64,000 nt of DNA from assembly GCA_051532055.1 (NCBI GenBank), contig JAOPTX010000017.1, positions 1 to 64,000 of the forward strand, given 5' to 3'. Positions within the stretch are counted from its first letter, which is position 1. The number at the start of each line of letters is the position of its first letter. Under the pieces are notes generated by a model. It was given only the letters and a program-made list of their open reading frames with translations, searched no databases and had not been told where the DNA came from. The translations under genes were made by a program, and so were the position numbers. Positions 51,238-60,892 of the stretch are shown one piece after another. This DNA is from Fibrobacterales bacterium (GTDB lineage Bacteria; Fibrobacterota; Fibrobacteria; Fibrobacterales; JAOPTW01).

Positions 51238-52389
51238 ATGAAAAAAGTAGTAATTCTTATTGGACTCTATCTTGCAGTTGTTATTACTGGCTGCTCATCA
51301 AATAGAAAAGCAGAAGGTATGATGGATGACCCTGATACTCATTTTGAGCAAGGGAAGAAGTATTTTGATAAAGGCTCTTTTGCCAAAGCTCAAGAGGAGT
51401 TTAAGCTCGCACAAAGTTTAGATGATGAGTATGGACCTGCATACGCAGGTCTCGGTATGGTTGCGGCGGCAACAGGGGATTTTGATGCTGCTGAGGACTA
51501 TATTAGTGATGGCATTAAATACTGTGATGATAAACACCCTATTGGATATATTGCAAAGGGGCTTATGATTGAGTATAAATATGCAGGGAGTAATGAGGAT
51601 GAGTGGTGGGATGATGCCATGGATGCGTATACAGAAGCGATGGAAATCGCACCGAAAGATGGGGAACCACATTTTCGTGCTGGGCATACCCTTAAATTGG
51701 CATTTCAATTCTCACTCGCTGCTGATGAATTTAGAAAAGTACTTGAGCTCAAAAATGGATATGAAGCTGAGGCAGATACTGAATGGGCGGTAGTGCAAAA
51801 AATTCAAAGGGCGGCCCCAGGTTCAAAAGTGGGTAAGAAAGTTGCCCTTATGGAAGAAATTAGCAGAGCAGATATTGCGGCTCTCTTTATTGTTGAACTC
51901 GAGATTGATCGGATTCTCGACAAACGTAAGGCAAAAGTATACGATACTGGTTTTGTTGCCCCAGTAGACCCACGAAAAATGAAAACAGAGACGGTTACTC
52001 GTATGAAAGATATTGTAGATATTGACGGACACTGGGCTAAGAACTTTATAGAAGACCTACAGAAATTTCAAGTACGCGGCTTAGAACCAACACCAGACCA
52101 TAAATTTCATCCAGATCAAAAGGTGACTCGTTCTGAGTATGCTTTTTTTATTGAGGATATACTGATTGCAATCAGTGGTGACAAAGCCCTCGCAACAAAA
52201 CATATTGGGACTGCGATATCTCGCTTTCCTGATGTAAGCACTGGTTCACCTTATTATAATGCGATTTGTAATGCTGTCGATAAAAATATTATTGATGCAG
52301 ATATCAGTGGAGAATTTCGTGCATTAGAGAGTGTGAGTGGTCCCGATGCTCTATTAATTATCAGAAAGATTAAGGAATTAAGAAGATGA
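51238..52389 (+). CDS. TPR and SLH-like domain lipoprotein
   Basis: Lipobox ITGC; TPRs; SLH-like DIDGHWAKNFI, FHPDQKVTRSE, FPDV...YYNAI. Confidence 0.75.
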   Translation: MKKVVILIGLYLAVVITGCSSNRKAEGMMDDPDTHFEQGKKYFDKGSFAKAQEEFKLAQSLDDEYGPAYAGLGMVAAATGDFDAAEDYISDGIKYCDDKHPIGYIAKGLMIEYKYAGSNEDEWWDDAMDAYTEAMEIAPKDGEPHFRAGHTLKLAFQFSLAADEFRKVLELKNGYEAEADTEWAVVQKIQRAAPGSKVGKKVALMEEISRADIAALFIVELEIDRILDKRKAKVYDTGFVAPVDPRKMKTETVTRMKDIVDIDGHWAKNFIEDLQKFQVRGLEPTPDHKFHPDQKVTRSEYAFFIEDILIAISGDKALATKHIGTAISRFPDVSTGSPYYNAICNAVDKNIIDADISGEFRALESVSGPDALLIIRKIKELRR

Positions 52390-53528
52390 TAGTACGCCTT
52401 CTCTGGGTCTTGTTATTAGCACTTGCTCTTGTATCTGCAGAAACCTTTACGGTAGAAGGTACTGGATGGGGCGTTTCCGAAAATGAAGCAACAATGCAGG
52501 CGAAGCGTGATGCACTTGCTATTGGCATAGGCCAATTGTTGCTAAGTAAAACAGAAGTTGAAAACTTTATGGTAAAGAGAGATCAGATTATTTCTCAGAC
52601 TATGGGGCATGTGAAAAGGTATGAGGTACTCTCAAAAAAAAGAGCCGCTGATGGCTCTTTTGAAGTTACTATCCGTGCTGACGTCTCAAAAGAAGGTATT
52701 TCAGCAGACCTTGCCGCACTTCTCCTTCTTAAGGAGGCAATCGGTAACCCTCGTATCGCTATGTTGATTGAGGAAAAAACAATTGGCCCAGCAGGTGAAT
52801 CAGTGAGTTTGACCGAAACACTTCTTATAGAGTTTTTTAAAAGTCGGGGATTTGAAGTAGTTGACCCCTCTTATGCCCTTACCTTTCGGGAAAGTGAAAA
52901 AGGGGCACAGGCTATGGCCGGTAATTCAGAAATGGCTGCAGAGCTAGGGGCTCAACTCAATGCTGATGTGATTATTGTAGGAAAGGTTGTTGCAATGGAG
53001 TCTGATGTCTCAAACATAAAGGCCTTTACACATTCATCAATGAAATCTGCAAGTGCCAATGTGTCATTAAAGGCTATACATGTACAATCTAGGCAGATTG
53101 CGGCGGCAAAAAAAGTTGACGCCCCTGCAATTCATGTAAATACCCATACCGCAGGGAATCGAGCAATAGAAAAGGCTGTCGCAAAATTACTCGATAGTAA
53201 AGGAAAGAACACAGAGTCATTTTTTGATGCTCTTGTAGAATCGTGGCGCGCTTCAGCTAATGATGGTGCGCTCTTTAGGGTAACTGTTTTAGGGGTCTCT
53301 TCTTATACGTTAAGCAAAAAAGTGACCGAGGCTCTCAGTAGTTCTATAGGGGAGTCCTATACGGCGCGATCCTATACAAAACCTTCCTTAAAAGGTGATC
53401 TTACCTTTATTGGAAATTCCAGTGATCTGTGTGATAAATTAGAAGGTCTACGGGTATCAAAAATGAGGGTGTTGAGTGTTGAAAAATGCGCTCACTCAGA
53501 AATTGATCTCAATCTCATAAAAAAGTAA
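52386..53528 (+). CDS. Secreted FlgT-N/LPP20-like plus CsgG/TolB-N-like protein
   Basis: VEGTG...A.MQAKRDAL; GFEVVD...LGAQLNADVIIVGKV; ATGA overlap with the upstream gene. Confidence 0.6.
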   Translation: MIVRLLWVLLLALALVSAETFTVEGTGWGVSENEATMQAKRDALAIGIGQLLLSKTEVENFMVKRDQIISQTMGHVKRYEVLSKKRAADGSFEVTIRADVSKEGISADLAALLLLKEAIGNPRIAMLIEEKTIGPAGESVSLTETLLIEFFKSRGFEVVDPSYALTFRESEKGAQAMAGNSEMAAELGAQLNADVIIVGKVVAMESDVSNIKAFTHSSMKSASANVSLKAIHVQSRQIAAAKKVDAPAIHVNTHTAGNRAIEKAVAKLLDSKGKNTESFFDALVESWRASANDGALFRVTVLGVSSYTLSKKVTEALSSSIGESYTARSYTKPSLKGDLTFIGNSSDLCDKLEGLRVSKMRVLSVEKCAHSEIDLNLIKK

Positions 53529-53609
53529 TCTCTCTTAATACTAAAATTAAGCGCTTTACACAGAAAAGGATATTTGTATATTCTTATAGGTAGATGAGGA
53601 GAGAGCGTT

Positions 53610-53957
53610 ATGCCTTCAAAATTAAGCAAAAGTGAAATAGATGACATTGCTATGCAGAATGCAAATGTTATGAATCAACAGTATGAATCTGTTCATGATG
53701 CAAAAAAAAGTAAACGTGGTGGGATGGCTTATTTGAAAAGTCATAACATTTGCATTCTTCGTAAAGGGGAACGGGATGAGTGGTGGTTTCGATTACCTCG
53801 CGAATTTAAATATTCTATTGGTATGCGATACGACGAAATTCATGAATGGCTGGTCCAAAATAATAAGCCTTGTTCCGCTGATGTTTTTTATAATCAGTTT
53901 CTCAATCCAGATCGCTTCTCTAAGTCTGAAATTATACGGCTCAATTCAACTGAGTAG
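53610..53957 (+). CDS. Hypothetical protein
   Basis: 115 aa ORF with GAGGAG upstream. Confidence 0.65.
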   Translation: MPSKLSKSEIDDIAMQNANVMNQQYESVHDAKKSKRGGMAYLKSHNICILRKGERDEWWFRLPREFKYSIGMRYDEIHEWLVQNNKPCSADVFYNQFLNPDRFSKSEIIRLNSTE

Positions 53958-54053
53958 AGACAATGTGGCATTATAGCATCTAATAATTATCGACTTGGTA
54001 ACAATATGAGTATCCAGTACGTCTAATAGGAAACAACTCATTAGATAATCACT

Positions 54054-55544
54054 ATGCTCGACCAATCTATTTCTCAATGTAACACTGCTCAAAAAGAGGC
54101 AATTCTTTTTGAGCATTCTAATGGCCCTTTACTCATTTTGGCCGGTGCTGGTACTGGAAAAACAACGGTGCTCACTCTTCGTATTGCACATCTTTGTGCT
54201 TCAGGAATTAACCCAAATACAATTGTAGCTCTCACCTTTACTCAAAAGGCGGCATTTGAGATGCGAGAGCGCCTTGAATCTCTCATTGAAGGTGTGGTGC
54301 CTGATTGTGAAGCACCAACTGCCTCTACTTTTCACTCATTTGCCTATACAATGCTGAATGATGAAATACACGGTATTCCTAATTACAAGAGAGTAGGGTT
54401 TAGAAATAAACCTCGGGTAGCAGATCAGGACAAATTAAGGAGTGTACTTCAGAGTGCTGAGGGTCAGCAGGGTGACAAAGTGAAGGATGAAAGAGGTGAG
54501 ATAAGGGAAAATGCTCTTGAAAATCCCTTTTGTTTGGAGCAGTCTGAAAGTAATTGTACTCAACTACTTAAAAGATGGTGTCTAGAGAATAATGCACTTC
54601 CATTTGAAAGTATGATCTCAATAGCGCGAATTCTGCTCATGGAATCTGAAGTATTGACATGGTATCATACACGGTACACCCATATTCTTATAGATGAGTA
54701 TCAAGATGTTAATATGAATCAATATCTTTTGAGTCGACAGCTTATTGGGAATCGTGAAACTCTATTTGTAGTGGGTGATGATGATCAAGCTATCTATGGA
54801 TTTAGAGGTGCTGATGTACGTAACATTTTAGCTTTTAAAAGTGATTATCCTAGAGCACGTATTATCAAGCTTGAACATAACTATCGCTCGACTTACCCAA
54901 TTGTTACTCTCGCTAATAGAATTTTTTCTGATAAATCCCTTGAGTTTAAAAAAGAGTTACTCGTTGGGGCAAAAAGGGATACACTCCTTTTTAACTCATC
55001 AAGGCCAGTGTGCCGGGTGGATATGCCATCAGGGATTGCTGAACTTATGTGGATTAAAGCGAGAATTGAACAGATTCGTGACGAGTATGGAGTGAGTTAC
55101 AGTGATTGTGCAATTCTTGCTCGACTCAATAGTCAGGTGAGCTATTATCGAGAGGGACTTATTTACCTGAATGTACCAGTAAAAGCAAGTAAAGAGCATG
55201 AAGAAAATGCAGTTGTAGTTCAGACTGTTCATGCGTCCAAAGGGTTACAATACCCTGTGGTATTTTATGGTGGAATCTCTAATGATCTCACTCCATTAGA
55301 GAACAAGGGTGAAGAAAAGGAAAGTTATGATGATGAAGAGCGGCGGGTGTTTTATGTTGGCGTCACCCGTGCTGAGTCCCTTCTTTATCTGATGCATACA
55401 TCTCGAAAAGTATTTAATAAAAAGGCGAGGAGGTTTTCCCCTTCGCCATATTTCAGATATTTACCCGAATCATTAGCTAAAAAAATTAAGCGAAAAGCTT
55501 TCTACGCTTTGAGTGCATCATCAATAGCCTCGACAAGGCTCTGA
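54054..55544 (+). CDS. UvrD/PcrA-like SF1A helicase, compact form lacking 2B
   Basis: AGAGTGKT, TFT, TFHS, DEYQD, GDDDQAIYGFRGA, NYRS, TVHASKGLQY, EERRVFYVGVTRA. Confidence 0.9.
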   Translation: MLDQSISQCNTAQKEAILFEHSNGPLLILAGAGTGKTTVLTLRIAHLCASGINPNTIVALTFTQKAAFEMRERLESLIEGVVPDCEAPTASTFHSFAYTMLNDEIHGIPNYKRVGFRNKPRVADQDKLRSVLQSAEGQQGDKVKDERGEIRENALENPFCLEQSESNCTQLLKRWCLENNALPFESMISIARILLMESEVLTWYHTRYTHILIDEYQDVNMNQYLLSRQLIGNRETLFVVGDDDQAIYGFRGADVRNILAFKSDYPRARIIKLEHNYRSTYPIVTLANRIFSDKSLEFKKELLVGAKRDTLLFNSSRPVCRVDMPSGIAELMWIKARIEQIRDEYGVSYSDCAILARLNSQVSYYREGLIYLNVPVKASKEHEENAVVVQTVHASKGLQYPVVFYGGISNDLTPLENKGEEKESYDDEERRVFYVGVTRAESLLYLMHTSRKVFNKKARRFSPSPYFRYLPESLAKKIKRKAFYALSASSIASTRL

Positions 55545-55861
55545 CGATTAACGCCGCTATGGCTATCATGCCAAATAACAGAACCATTTTTAATGAGGAG
55601 TGCTTGGGGTGATTCATGCTTTATTGAGAGGGATGCTGCTATTTCTTGCGAAATAGGACGTGCACCAATAACGTTAACTTGATAGATATTTACTTTGTCG
55701 TGCAATTCTTTGTTTTCATCTATAAAAACATTAAATTCATTTTGTGAATAGTGGCTCACAGGGCAAACAGGTGAGTATTTAAAAATAAGGGTTGGGCGCT
55801 CTTCACTGCTGCGCATTGCTTCGGGAAGGTGTGATAATTCCGTCATTTCTTGTAAAACCAT
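55502..55861 (-). CDS. ytxJ: YtxJ family monothiol thioredoxin-like protein
   Basis: FKYSPVCPVS, R.ISQEIA, IKHESPQ, WHDSH. Confidence 0.85.
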   Translation of the reverse strand: MVLQEMTELSHLPEAMRSSEERPTLIFKYSPVCPVSHYSQNEFNVFIDENKELHDKVNIYQVNVIGARPISQEIAASLSIKHESPQALLIKNGSVIWHDSHSGVNRQSLVEAIDDALKA

Positions 55862-55982
55862 GGTATGTTCCTGATTATGTTGTGTTCAAAATATATATTT
55901 TGGAAACGCCCTAGGCCTGCTAATAGTATGGTGAATGATACGGGTGGAGAAATATTACAAAGTTTTAATATTAGGGTATACT

Positions 55983-57797
55983 ATGTTGACCTCTTTTCGT
56001 TTTTTATCTCTGAGCCTAACAGTCCTCTTCGGTTTGAGTGGCTGTTTATTTGACAGTGAATCAGATGCTCCTCAAACAACGCCAATCTCATCGGTTGCAG
56101 CATCACTTTCGTCATCCACAACGATCTCATCAGGGGGAGCCTCACTTTCATCATCGTCTACAGTATATCATCTCAGTAGCGTACTCACAATTCCAGATGT
56201 CATTCTTCCCATACAAACAGATTATCAAGTGATTGAATATCAGAATTTAAAGTCTGTGCAACAGGGGGCTTTTATTCCCTTGTATGTGGATAGCGTACTT
56301 GTAAATGGAGTGAAAGTAGATACGATGTATTATAAGGGGGCTTACGTTGATTCGGTTCCTGGCGGGGAGCTCATTGTTGTGGAACTTCCTGATGCTAACT
56401 TTCAATCGATATTAGGGTCAGCAAGAGAGCAGTTGAAAAATTGTAATCCAACTATCGCTTCTCAATATAATAGTGAACGTATTGATAAAATCATTGATAC
56501 TCTTGATCTTTTCTTTCAGTCAGCAATGGTGGGTGATACTGCGGGCTTATACTATATCAATGCTATAGATACCATTGCAATTATATCTCAATATTGTGTA
56601 AATCAAGACCCAATAATGGCAGAGGCCTATACGATTCTTGCCAAAGAGTATCTCTATAGAGAAGACCTTAAACCATTTGAAAGCTATGCAAGTATTGATG
56701 ATCTTTTTGCGGGTTTGTCAGATCGGTACACACAATATGCTCCCGTCACTCCCAACCTTACACAACAGCAGACCCAGTGGTTGGCGCCAATTTCTACAGG
56801 AATCATTGGAATAACGTATCAAAGCAGCGGCAATGGATTAGATGGGTCAGATACTTTGGTAGTAAGTGATGTATTTCCTTTTTCACCGGCTGAACGCGCT
56901 GGCATGCAAAAGGGTGATAAAATTATTCGGGTCAACGACTCCCTTGTTGTTGCAACAGGAAATAATATTAGCCGTTTTAGAACCTTTGCAGATGGGCAAG
57001 AAGGTACTGTCCTTGTTTTTGAGTTGTTGCGTGACCATGCATTACTTACTCTATCGGTGACTAAAGAAAATATAAGAGTACCCACGGTTTGGACTGATTC
57101 AATCAATGGGGTAGCTATTATTTCGATTGATCGATTCTCATCGGTTACATATGATCCAAATGCTCAAGGTACATACTCAGAATTTAGAGATGCACTTCAG
57201 AAGACTGCTCATTTCCCACATACTATTATTGATCTAGAAAATAATGGTGGGGGAGTGGTGTCACAGTGTACAAAAATGGCAGATGAACTGATTAAAGGAG
57301 GCCTCCTGTATAAAATTAAATATATGGAAGAGGGGGTTTTGGTGAATGAAGATGTTCCTGCAACTATAGATGGCTTAGGGGAAGAACGAAGTTTTTCATT
57401 TTTAGCAAATAAGGGAAGTGCGAGCTGTTCTGAGATTTTTCTTATTGCAGTTACAGAAAATCGCTCTGATAAAATTTATGGAACTACAACCTATGGAAAG
57501 GGTATTGGCCAAGGTATTTTTCTGATTCAAGAAGGTTTAGGTGGAACGATAAAGGTTACATCCACAGAGTTTTTAGGGCCGCTGGGTACTTCGTACCACA
57601 TAAAAGGTGTCGCGCCACATGTTGAGGCTACTACAGGCGTCAGTGCACTTGATCTGGCGCTCGAGGCCTATGCTGTCGAAAACACTCCCATTCAAGCCCA
57701 AAAACGTTCTTTGGGGGCGATGCCTGAGACCAATCAGAAATTTTGGGAATATGAGCGTTATAGTGAGCCTGTATTAATAAATGATTTAAGACAATAG
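55983..57797 (+). CDS. S41 family peptidase with PDZ domain, lipoprotein (paralog 1)
   Basis: Lipobox LSGC, Ser-rich linker, SPAERAGMQKGD, DLENNGGG, SASCSE, TYGKG. Confidence 0.87.
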   Translation: MLTSFRFLSLSLTVLFGLSGCLFDSESDAPQTTPISSVAASLSSSTTISSGGASLSSSSTVYHLSSVLTIPDVILPIQTDYQVIEYQNLKSVQQGAFIPLYVDSVLVNGVKVDTMYYKGAYVDSVPGGELIVVELPDANFQSILGSAREQLKNCNPTIASQYNSERIDKIIDTLDLFFQSAMVGDTAGLYYINAIDTIAIISQYCVNQDPIMAEAYTILAKEYLYREDLKPFESYASIDDLFAGLSDRYTQYAPVTPNLTQQQTQWLAPISTGIIGITYQSSGNGLDGSDTLVVSDVFPFSPAERAGMQKGDKIIRVNDSLVVATGNNISRFRTFADGQEGTVLVFELLRDHALLTLSVTKENIRVPTVWTDSINGVAIISIDRFSSVTYDPNAQGTYSEFRDALQKTAHFPHTIIDLENNGGGVVSQCTKMADELIKGGLLYKIKYMEEGVLVNEDVPATIDGLGEERSFSFLANKGSASCSEIFLIAVTENRSDKIYGTTTYGKGIGQGIFLIQEGLGGTIKVTSTEFLGPLGTSYHIKGVAPHVEATTGVSALDLALEAYAVENTPIQAQKRSLGAMPETNQKFWEYERYSEPVLINDLRQ

Positions 57798-57917
57798 TGT
57801 TAGGTGCTCACGGTTTGTGAGCTCTATTTATTAAATGACGTGGTTCTTTTTTCGGTGTTACTCGGTAAATTATATATTATACCTGAGACATATGGGTAAT
57901 TGTGCCCTTTGGAGGAT

Positions 57918-59633
57918 ATGGTGAAGATTTTTTTATCTAAAATGATACGTGTTACTAGTTTGTTTGGGGTGGCACTTCTCTCATCATGCCTGCTTCTTGA
58001 GACAGAATCCAACACTAAATATCCTACAGAATCAGTTGCCTATGAACTTGATGATCACGCTGTTTTTCAGAGTGATAAGAAGGAGATGTTTCTTCGGCTA
58101 AAAACAGATAGTGTCCTTATTGATGGAGCGATGAGTGATAGCATGTATTACCGGGGGTCCTATGTTGATAGTGTCGAAGTTGGCAATTTTAAAATTGTTG
58201 GTCTTCCTGAACCAGGAGCGATGGCACGCCTTGATTCTGCTCATAGTGCTGTGTCACAATGTGAATCGTGGCAATATACAAATGGACAGCAAGCACGACT
58301 ATTAAAGGTAATTGACACTCTTCGAGGTTTTTATGATACGGTAGCAATTGGTCAAGTGTATGACCTTTATTACCACGATGCGATTGACTCTATATCAGCA
58401 GCCGAAAATTTTTGCAAAAATCGCGAAGGCATATTAGCAGAAACCTATAACTTACTTCTCAACGAATATCTTTACGATCAAGACCTTCAGCCTTATACTA
58501 CCTACAGTAATGTTGAATCACTATTTGATGGATTAAGTGATAGGTTTACCAGTTATAGAAAACCTACCCCAAATCCTACCCAGCAGCAAACTCAGTGGCT
58601 TGCCCCTGTTACACAAGGTAAATTGGGTTTGAAGTATAAGAATATTGGCAGTAGTGTAAAGCAGACTGATTCTCTCGAAATTACTGAAGTTTATCCAATG
58701 TCGCCTGCGGAGGATGCAGGGCTTCAAAAAGGTGATAGAATTTTAAGTGTGGACTCTGTAATTGTATATGGAACGGGTGAAAACTCAACACTTTTCAATG
58801 AGGTTACAAAAGGTGAAGCAGGTAAAACAATCCTATTTGAAATTAAAAGAAAGGGAACTGTATTTTTTACTTCGGCTACAAAGGATAATATCCGAGTACC
58901 TACAGTGTGGGTTGATTCAATAATGACAGGATGGTCTAACATTATAAAAGCTATTGGGGTTATTGAAATTGATCGATTTTCTACAGTAACCTATGACCCA
59001 AATGCAAATGGGACAAAATCTGAATTTAAAATTGCCCTCGAAAAGACCGCGCACTTTGAACATACAATTATTGACTTTAGGAGTAATGGTGGAGGTGTGG
59101 TATCCCAATGTACAGACATGGCCGATGAGCTTGTAGCGGGCGGTATTTTATACAGAAGAAACTCAATGTATGAAGGTAAAAAATATAGTTCTGCAGTAGA
59201 GGCAACCCTTGGAGGACTTGGAGAGAACCGGGAATTTACCTTTTTGGTAAATGGCGGTAGTGCAAGTTGTACCGAAATTTTTCTCATTGCTATTCGTGAA
59301 AATCGAGGAGATATCATAATTGGCGATACAACTTATGGTAAAGGTATTGGGCAGGGTATTCATCAAATTAATAAAGGCCTTGGGGGCTCAGCAAAAGTTA
59401 CATCGAGTGAATATATTGGCAAGTTGGGTACTGTGTATCATCTTAAAGGTATTGTTCCTGATATTCTAATCGAAAAAGATCAGGATGCAAAGGAGGTTGC
59501 AATGGAATTACTTGCAGGCTCTTCAACTATTGCTCAAAAACGATCGATTGTTCCCTCGGTTCAGGTGTCTGAACCGGATGATACTCCTGTTGAAGAACCT
59601 TATCTTATCGATGATATGCTACAACCTCGCTAG
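57918..59633 (+). CDS. S41 family peptidase with PDZ domain, lipoprotein (paralog 2)
   Basis: GGAGG RBS; lipobox LSSC; SPAEDAGLQKGD, DFRSNGGG, SASCTE, TYGKG. Confidence 0.87.
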   Translation: MVKIFLSKMIRVTSLFGVALLSSCLLLETESNTKYPTESVAYELDDHAVFQSDKKEMFLRLKTDSVLIDGAMSDSMYYRGSYVDSVEVGNFKIVGLPEPGAMARLDSAHSAVSQCESWQYTNGQQARLLKVIDTLRGFYDTVAIGQVYDLYYHDAIDSISAAENFCKNREGILAETYNLLLNEYLYDQDLQPYTTYSNVESLFDGLSDRFTSYRKPTPNPTQQQTQWLAPVTQGKLGLKYKNIGSSVKQTDSLEITEVYPMSPAEDAGLQKGDRILSVDSVIVYGTGENSTLFNEVTKGEAGKTILFEIKRKGTVFFTSATKDNIRVPTVWVDSIMTGWSNIIKAIGVIEIDRFSTVTYDPNANGTKSEFKIALEKTAHFEHTIIDFRSNGGGVVSQCTDMADELVAGGILYRRNSMYEGKKYSSAVEATLGGLGENREFTFLVNGGSASCTEIFLIAIRENRGDIIIGDTTYGKGIGQGIHQINKGLGGSAKVTSSEYIGKLGTVYHLKGIVPDILIEKDQDAKEVAMELLAGSSTIAQKRSIVPSVQVSEPDDTPVEEPYLIDDMLQPR

Positions 59634-59670
59634 TGCTGATCTTTTTAGATTAATTTTAAAATATTGAGTG

Positions 59671-60672
59671 CTATTCAATGATGTCATATACCAGGTCTTC
59701 AAGCTCCTGGTTTCTATTCTCTACAAAATAGCGCCACACTTGTTCAATGTTTTTTCTACGAATAAACATGAAGTAAGTGCATGGAATAGAGTTCTTGCAC
59801 CCATAGACAAACTCAATCTTAAAATCGCGCTCTATAATACTATCAAGAATAATTCGAATTTTAAGAGGTGTATAGAATTGGTTGGGCGTGATCTTGATAC
59901 CTGGCTTTGATATGAGGTGACGAAACTGTTTAATTTTACTGAGGTCTGTAAAATTGTCATGGTCATTGAGTTTTAAATACTCTTTTTGGTCATCATTTAT
60001 ACTGCAAATAATAGTTGAGTTAAGGAAAATTTCTTCAGAGGTCACCATGCCTATATTTTGAAGTTGAATACTCACGATAATATCAACTTTTTCTTCATAA
60101 ATGATCGGTGGTTCGATAAGGTAGTTGTGGGTTAATATAGGCGCAGGGAGCCCGCCAAACATCTTAGAGAGCATTATATGTGGAATGGATACAAAGGTAG
60201 CGCCTGATCGCATAAAGTATTTTTCGTTGTTGAGTGACCTTAATGGTTCACCTTGGAGTTTTGGAATATATGAGACCATAATACCATCGTCTTCATCAGT
60301 AGGGACGTCAATGTTTTCAACTCCGGGATTTATAGGGATGGTTAAGCCTGAGACAAGTGAATCCATCCAGCTTCTAAAACGTTTTATATTGTGGATTGCA
60401 TGAATTTCGGTGGGAACATCTTTGTCATCGACTTTATTTCGGGCGCACTCAACACCCCAAATGATTAAACCACCTTCGGTATTCGAAAAGCCCGATATTG
60501 CTTTGGAAAAATTGGCTCGATCAATTTTATGAAGGTGCTTATTACCACCGTTGTCGGCTGAACGTTTATAATCGAGGTAGAGTTCTTCAGAGACTTCATC
60601 CTCAATCATTTTGTGGATAGAGCGTAACCCATCTCGTTTAATATTTTCAAATATCTCTTCTGCACGTCCCAT
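59671..60672 (-). CDS. AlbA_2/Schlafen-like domain protein
   Basis: EELYLDYKRS, FSKAISGFSNTEGGLIIWGV, YFMRSGATF. Confidence 0.85.
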   Translation of the reverse strand: MGRAEEIFENIKRDGLRSIHKMIEDEVSEELYLDYKRSADNGGNKHLHKIDRANFSKAISGFSNTEGGLIIWGVECARNKVDDKDVPTEIHAIHNIKRFRSWMDSLVSGLTIPINPGVENIDVPTDEDDGIMVSYIPKLQGEPLRSLNNEKYFMRSGATFVSIPHIMLSKMFGGLPAPILTHNYLIEPPIIYEEKVDIIVSIQLQNIGMVTSEEIFLNSTIICSINDDQKEYLKLNDHDNFTDLSKIKQFRHLISKPGIKITPNQFYTPLKIRIILDSIIERDFKIEFVYGCKNSIPCTYFMFIRRKNIEQVWRYFVENRNQELEDLVYDIIE

Positions 60673-60892
60673 AAAGCCTCCGGAGTCCTTACTTTTAATA
60701 TAAGCAAATAGTAGTGGAGTTTTTTAAAACACATAGGATTCACCTTAAAAATTTTAGATAATTGATAATATTCAGGCTCAATTAAGTTCATATTTGTCTT
60801 TAATGGGTGTAAGTGCTGATTAGAATCGAAGCTAAAATCGTTATTTTGGTCATTTTTCTATCTTAATATTATAATGCTCTAATAGGTAGTAA

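Noticed and set aside
55502..55544. 43 bp convergent overlap of helicase and ytxJ 3' ends
   Set aside because: Short tail overlap beyond the conserved motifs; common and not evidence of a lesion
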